DNA of 64,000 nucleotides, taken from the NCBI GenBank assembly GCA_945827785.1, contig CALZOR010000001.1, positions 54,391 to 118,390 of the forward strand, read 5' to 3'. The position numbers and the translations under genes were made by a program. The stretch is from an uncultured Bacteroidales bacterium (GTDB lineage: Bacteria > Bacteroidota > Bacteroidia > Bacteroidales > UBA932). The notes beneath the pieces are model-generated. The model saw nothing but the letters and a program-made list of their open reading frames with translations. It was not told the DNA's origin and searched no databases. Shown piece by piece: positions 58,933-64,000 of this stretch. Numbering within the stretch: position 1 is the first letter of the stretch; each line of letters opens with the position of its first letter.

Positions 58933-59700
58933 ATGAAAGCGATGATTTTTGCGGCGGGCCTGGGTACCCGCCTGAAGCCGATTACAGACAGGATGCCGAA
59001 GGCACTTGTCCCAGTTGACGGTAAGCCGCTGATTGAGCACGTGGCAAGAAAACTGCGCAATGCAGGATTTGAAGAGGCAGTCGTGAATGTCCACCATTTT
59101 GCCGACATGGTCGAGGCATGGGCAAAAGAGCAGGACTGGATGAAATTCAGCATAAGCGACGAAAGGGCCATGCTGCTTGAAACGGGAGGAGCCGTCCTTC
59201 ACGCACGCAAGCTGCTCGAAGGATGCGGTAACTTCCTGATACACAACGTAGATATCTTCACGAATGCAGATCTTGCAGACTTTGCCTCGAAGCACCGCCC
59301 CGATGCCATTGCAACCCTTCTGGTCAGCCGGCGCAAGACATCCCGCTATTTTCTCTTCAATCCACAGACCATGAGGCTTTGCGGATGGACCAACGTAAAT
59401 ACCGGAGAAACCATCATGACCGATGCTTCAGTAGCCGCACAGGACTGCCTGATGCTCGGTTTCTCCGGAATCCATATCATGTCTGAGAAGATTTTCCCCC
59501 TGATGGAGGAATATGTCAGGACAATGGGCCTCAGCGACAATGACGGGGCTGGCGCAAGGTTTTCAATCCGTGACTTCTACCTTTGGGCAGCCGCTTCACA
59601 TCCAATATATGGGGTGGATGTACCTGACTTCAAGATGATCGATGTCGGGAAGATTGACACCCTCGAGGAGGTCTCCCAATGGCATAGAAACGACGTCTGA
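58933..59700 (+). CDS. Nucleotidyltransferase (MurU-like)
   Basis: MKAMIFAAGLGTRLKP..PKAL, LLETGG, HNVD, DVGK; adjacent to the AmgK-like gene; alternative ATG at 58912. Confidence 0.82.
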   Translation: MKAMIFAAGLGTRLKPITDRMPKALVPVDGKPLIEHVARKLRNAGFEEAVVNVHHFADMVEAWAKEQDWMKFSISDERAMLLETGGAVLHARKLLEGCGNFLIHNVDIFTNADLADFASKHRPDAIATLLVSRRKTSRYFLFNPQTMRLCGWTNVNTGETIMTDASVAAQDCLMLGFSGIHIMSEKIFPLMEEYVRTMGLSDNDGAGARFSIRDFYLWAAASHPIYGVDVPDFKMIDVGKIDTLEEVSQWHRNDV

Positions 59701-59752
59701 GTGAGTGATTATAAAGGAATTATTTCTATCTTTGCCGCTTCTATCTGGATTT

Positions 59753-59914
59753 AGTAATATGAAAAAAATAAGTTGCGTCAGATTTGAATTAGATTTTCGA
59801 GGTCAGATTTTCACCCGAAGAAGGAGCATAGCCGTAGCTATGTGACTGATGAGGGAGGAAATATGGACCGAAAAGATTTTCAAAGATGATGCAGGTTATT
59901 TTTTGAGGATTACT
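59753..59914 (+). repeat. Long imperfect hairpin in the susC leader
   Basis: Nested complementarity from AGTAAT/ATTACT to apex CATAGC-CGTA-GCTATG; promoter TATCTTTG at 59727-59734. Confidence 0.65.
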
Positions 59915-59944
59915 TAACCTAAAAAACGTTCATTCGCATAAAGC

Positions 59945-62908
59945 ATGAAATTAAAGTTCATTTTTACAACACTGTTCATCCCGTTTCTGGCAAGCGCCCA
60001 GACCACCCCGGTTGATACACTCAGCCTTGACGAACTGGTCTTCGTGGGATTTGCAAATCAGAAAAAAGTCAACCTGACAGGCGCCGTGAGTCAGGTCAAC
60101 ATGGACCAGGTTCTCGGAGACCGTCCTCTGACAAGTGCAGGCGCCGTGCTCCAAGGTGCAATCCCAGGCCTGAGCGTAAGCGGAGGTTCCACTCCGGGAC
60201 AATTTAAGAGCCTTAATATCCGAGGTACCCTCAGCATCAACGGAGGGTCGCCTCTGATTCTGATTGACAATGCCGAAGGCGACATCAATTCTCTCAATCC
60301 GGAGGATATTGAAAGCATATCCGTCCTGAAAGATGCGGCTTCTGCAGCCATATACGGGGCCCGTGCAGCCGGCGGAGTCATCCTCATCACGACAAAGCAT
60401 CCGAAGGCAAATCAGGGGTTCCACATCGACTACAGTTTCAATCTCGGATTTGAAAGAAGCATTGCCCATCCTGAGCAGGCATCCCTTGCGGAATACATCG
60501 CAGCCTACAAGGAGGCCGGCTTCAGCAGCCAGTACTGGGCTGGAAACGGCCAGCTCACCCGCTGGGAAGAGCTCCTGGGTCAGTACAGGTCGGGGACTCT
60601 TGAAGGAGTCTATGACAACGGAATATACAAGGATGCCGACGGGGCGGTATATTATCTCAAAGAAGGAGACGTTCTTGGAAACGCCCTCGAAACCGGAGTC
60701 CTGAACAACCACAACATCTCCATTTCAGGAGGAACTGAGCGCATCCGCTACCGTCTTAGCGGAAACTACAGCCACGAAAACGGCCCTATGGTGAGCAAGA
60801 AAGACTCTTACTCAAGAAAGGCGTTCACCTCATTCATATCTTCGGATGTCACGAAATGGTTCACCCAGGAGGCCACGATATTCTACACCGACGAAAGCCG
60901 CAGCGAGATAACCAGCACCTTCAGGGACCCTTATTCCGTAAAGCTGATTAATTGGTATCCTGAAGGTTACATGCCAAAGGAGATTATCGGCACCACAGAA
61001 GATCTCCTGATTGACTCCCCTCGCAATGCATGCCTCCACCAGCCGGCGGCAACCTCTCTTACAAGTACCCCGAGGATTGCACTCAAATCGATACTGCGTC
61101 CTCTCAAAGGCTGGACAATCACTGCAGAATATACCTTCCGCCAGAAGGACTTCAAATACAACTCCTACACCGGACAGCAGACCGTTGCAGACCCGCAGCT
61201 CGCAGTCCGCACCCTCCCGGCTAAAGGAACTGACAAATACATATACAACGTATCAAAGGACAGGTACAATGCCCTGAACGTCTATACCAACTACGACCTT
61301 AGCATCAAAGGCCACAATCTGGGAGTCATCCTCGGCTACAACCAGGAGAGCGACACATTCACAAATGTCTATACGACGGTCCTCGGCCAGTCCGTAATCA
61401 CCGTTCCGTCAATCCAGGGTGCCACAGGCACGAAGACCGTCACCGAAGGCCTCACGCAGTACAGCATCATGGGCTTTTTCGGACGCCTTTCATACAACTA
61501 CAAAGGACGCTATCTCATCGATGCTAATGCACGCTATGACGGATCCAGCAAATTTCCGAAGAACAACCACTTTGGATTCTTCCCGTCCGTGTCCGGAGCA
61601 TGGAGAATCAGCGAAGAGCCATTCATGGAATGGAGCCGCCCGGTGTTGGACAACCTCAAGATCAGGGCTTCCTGGGGATCAATCGGAAACCAGAACATCG
61701 CTCCATACGGTTTTATCGCAGGCATGAGCATAAGCGAGAGCGATGTCTGGCTTGACAATGGCGGCAAGGTCAACGTCATTTCAACCCCGGGCCTCATACG
61801 TGGTAACTACACATGGGAAACCGTCAACACCCTCGACATCGGAGTAGATTTCAATGCATTCAGAGACCGTCTCTCACTGGTATTTGACTGGTACAGCCGT
61901 ACAACCACCGGCATGCTTGGCACCGGAGTCGAACTTCCTTCCACTGTAGGAGCTCAGGCACCGCTCCAGAACATCTCCGACATGAGGACCAAAGGCTGGG
62001 AACTCGCTCTTGCATGGCGCGACAGAGCCGGTGACTTCGGTTACAACGTGGGATTCAACCTCTATGACCACAGGTCATACATCACAAAATACAACAATGC
62101 CAGCAACAACCTCAGCTATCACTATGCCGGAAAGAATCTCGGAGAAATCTGGGGCTTTGTCTCAGACGGCTACTACACCATCGACGATTTCGACCTCGAA
62201 CAGGCGAAGAACGGGGTGTGGGTGCTGAAAGAAGGCATACCTTCAATCGACGGATACACCGTCAAACCGGGTGATGAAAAGTTCGTGAACCTTGATAATG
62301 GCAATGACAAGATTGATTCCGGCAGCAATACGCTTGACGAGCCCGGAGACCGCAGAATCATCGGTGACTCGACTCCGAGATTCGAATACGGAGCCAATCT
62401 CAGCCTGTCATGGAAAGGCCTGGAACTGAGCATGATATTTCAGGGAGTCGGGAAACGCGACGTTCTCCTTCCCGAAAGCGCAATCTTCCCGTTCGGCACA
62501 TCGGACAAGAGCAACATTCCGTTCTGCTCGGTATATTCCAACCAGACAGACTACTGGACGGCAAAGAGCTACGATCCTGAAAGTCCGGACTACATGGTGG
62601 CAGCCAATCCTGATGCCAATCTTCCGAGAATCTACGGCCAGTTGGAAAACGCAGCTTCAAACATGAGACGCAGCGACAAATACATACGCAGCGGAGCATA
62701 CCTGCGTGTCAAGAACCTTACTCTGAGCTATTCGTTCCCAAAGGCGCTGCTCGCCCGCACGAAGGTGATTGATGCCTTCCGCCTTTATTTCAGCTGCGAG
62801 AACCTGGCCACAGTCTCATCCCTTCCGAAAGGATATGACCCCGAGTCTCTCAAATGGGCCTATCCATTCTACCGCACATGGTCTTTCGGAGCACACATAA
62901 CCTTCTAA
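59945..62908 (+). CDS. SusC/RagA family TonB-dependent transporter
   Basis: NLTGAVS, DIESISVLKDAASAAIYGARAAGGVILITTK, RYDGSSKF, FFPSVS, TWET, terminal Phe. Confidence 0.95.
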   Translation: MKLKFIFTTLFIPFLASAQTTPVDTLSLDELVFVGFANQKKVNLTGAVSQVNMDQVLGDRPLTSAGAVLQGAIPGLSVSGGSTPGQFKSLNIRGTLSINGGSPLILIDNAEGDINSLNPEDIESISVLKDAASAAIYGARAAGGVILITTKHPKANQGFHIDYSFNLGFERSIAHPEQASLAEYIAAYKEAGFSSQYWAGNGQLTRWEELLGQYRSGTLEGVYDNGIYKDADGAVYYLKEGDVLGNALETGVLNNHNISISGGTERIRYRLSGNYSHENGPMVSKKDSYSRKAFTSFISSDVTKWFTQEATIFYTDESRSEITSTFRDPYSVKLINWYPEGYMPKEIIGTTEDLLIDSPRNACLHQPAATSLTSTPRIALKSILRPLKGWTITAEYTFRQKDFKYNSYTGQQTVADPQLAVRTLPAKGTDKYIYNVSKDRYNALNVYTNYDLSIKGHNLGVILGYNQESDTFTNVYTTVLGQSVITVPSIQGATGTKTVTEGLTQYSIMGFFGRLSYNYKGRYLIDANARYDGSSKFPKNNHFGFFPSVSGAWRISEEPFMEWSRPVLDNLKIRASWGSIGNQNIAPYGFIAGMSISESDVWLDNGGKVNVISTPGLIRGNYTWETVNTLDIGVDFNAFRDRLSLVFDWYSRTTTGMLGTGVELPSTVGAQAPLQNISDMRTKGWELALAWRDRAGDFGYNVGFNLYDHRSYITKYNNASNNLSYHYAGKNLGEIWGFVSDGYYTIDDFDLEQAKNGVWVLKEGIPSIDGYTVKPGDEKFVNLDNGNDKIDSGSNTLDEPGDRRIIGDSTPRFEYGANLSLSWKGLELSMIFQGVGKRDVLLPESAIFPFGTSDKSNIPFCSVYSNQTDYWTAKSYDPESPDYMVAANPDANLPRIYGQLENAASNMRRSDKYIRSGAYLRVKNLTLSYSFPKALLARTKVIDAFRLYFSCENLATVSSLPKGYDPESLKWAYPFYRTWSFGAHITF

Positions 62909-62916
62909 CCGGAACA

Positions 62917-64000
62917 ATGATGAAACGAATATCTATATATAAAACACTGATAATAAGCGCAGTATCTGCTATTCTGCTTGCTTCGTGCACCAAGGATTTC
63001 CTTGAGAAATATCCGTCCGGCACCCTGGTTGAAAGCAATGCCTTCCTGACTTATGACAACTACAAGGCATATATGTACCAGTGTTATTCCCTCTTCACGG
63101 ACAAAAGAATCAGCACAAATTTCAGCGACGGGAAATACCACTACAACGGCCAGTACTACGCCGACCATTTCAGCGGCATCCTCTCCGACCGCGACCTGTG
63201 GGAGAACCCCTATGCGATGCAGACCGTGGCAACGGTCACAAGTAGCAGATACTGGGATTTCGGCCCCATCCGCACAATCAACATCATGCTCAGCCATCTT
63301 GACGACGGGCACCTTGCCGAGGCAGAGAAAAAGCACTGGAAATCAGTGGGTTACTTCTTCCATTCATGGTGGTATATGGAACTTGTGGCACGATTCGGGG
63401 ACATTCCCTACATCAACACCGTCCTCAACGATGAAAGCCCTGAGGCATATGGTCCTCGCACACCCCGCAAAGAGGTGGCAGACAGCATCATAGCCCGACT
63501 TGAGTATGCCATTGAGAACATCGGGGACTGCTCACGTGACGGGGACAACTGCGTGACTGCAGATGCCTGCAGGGCAGCACTCAGCCGCTTCCTGCTCAGG
63601 GAAGGAACCTATGCAAAATACCACGGTCTGGATGAGCCTTATCAGGAATATCTCCGCAAATGCGTGAAAGTTTCAGAAGAACTCATGGCCTCATACCCAA
63701 GCCTTTACACCGGAAACGGCAATGACAGCTATCCGGCTGCCGGCTGGGACAATGAAGAAACCACAGAGAGCCTTAAAGGTGCTGCCGGAGTCATCATGTA
63801 CAAAGAATACATAGACGGTGTCCTTATGCACCGTTTCAGCGACTTTGTCCATGTTGCGGCACACACCACGGATGCTCCTCAGGCCACGATCGACCTATTC
63901 CTCATGAAGAACGGCCGGCCTATAGCAAATGCGGAATCAGGGTACAAAGGAGGCGAAGGCAAGGATCTCTGGGATGTGTATGAAGACCGCGACCCGCGCC
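62917..64000 (+). CDS. SusD/RagB family lipoprotein (truncated by the window end)
   Basis: Not in the ORF track; translates MMKRISIYKTLIISAVSAILLASCTKDFLEKYP... with lipobox, RTINIML and LVARFGDIPY, directly after susC. Confidence 0.88.
   Translation, partial: MMKRISIYKTLIISAVSAILLASCTKDFLEKYPSGTLVESNAFLTYDNYKAYMYQCYSLFTDKRISTNFSDGKYHYNGQYYADHFSGILSDRDLWENPYAMQTVATVTSSRYWDFGPIRTINIMLSHLDDGHLAEAEKKHWKSVGYFFHSWWYMELVARFGDIPYINTVLNDESPEAYGPRTPRKEVADSIIARLEYAIENIGDCSRDGDNCVTADACRAALSRFLLREGTYAKYHGLDEPYQEYLRKCVKVSEELMASYPSLYTGNGNDSYPAAGWDNEETTESLKGAAGVIMYKEYIDGVLMHRFSDFVHVAAHTTDAPQATIDLFLMKNGRPIANAESGYKGGEGKDLWDVYEDRDPR

Noticed and set aside
1-64000. tRNA, rRNA, prophage or IS transposase
   Set aside because: No such signatures were recognised by eye in intergenic regions or ORFs.

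Overview
Chromosomal window from a Bacteroidales bacterium, judged from TAnnTTTG promoters, a SusC/SusD pair and AT-rich starts without Shine-Dalgarno sites. Housekeeping content: miaB, an M23 peptidase, histidine utilisation genes split into two blocks (ftcD-hutU and hutH-hutI) around a GT4 and a wzi-like gene, a GH3/GH30 pair, purL/purE, purB, murI, a frameshift-free prfB, class I fumarase, an AmgK/MurU-like pair and a SusC/SusD pair running off the right edge. Two accessory regions stand out. (1) About 21.2-45.6 kb is a surface-polysaccharide locus headed by tandem paralogous sensor kinases (one catalytically degenerate) and two stand-alone receivers (one lacking the canonical Asp). It has a half-length TolC-like protein instead of Wza and a Wzc-like protein without a Tyr cluster. 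(2) About 52.1-55.7 kb is an AT-richer islet between prfB and fumarase. It holds an Abi_2/AbiF-like HEPN protein followed by a separately promoted ~50-nt hairpin RNA (candidate RNA antitoxin), a lipoprotein whose 3' end has the codon signature of a diversity-generating-retroelement variable region (no RT or TR in the window) behind a ~330-nt structured leader, and a small SRA-like protein. Several families of palindromic intergenic repeats are also present. No rRNA, tRNA, CRISPR array or transposase was seen. All calls come from motif recognition by eye; no searches were run.
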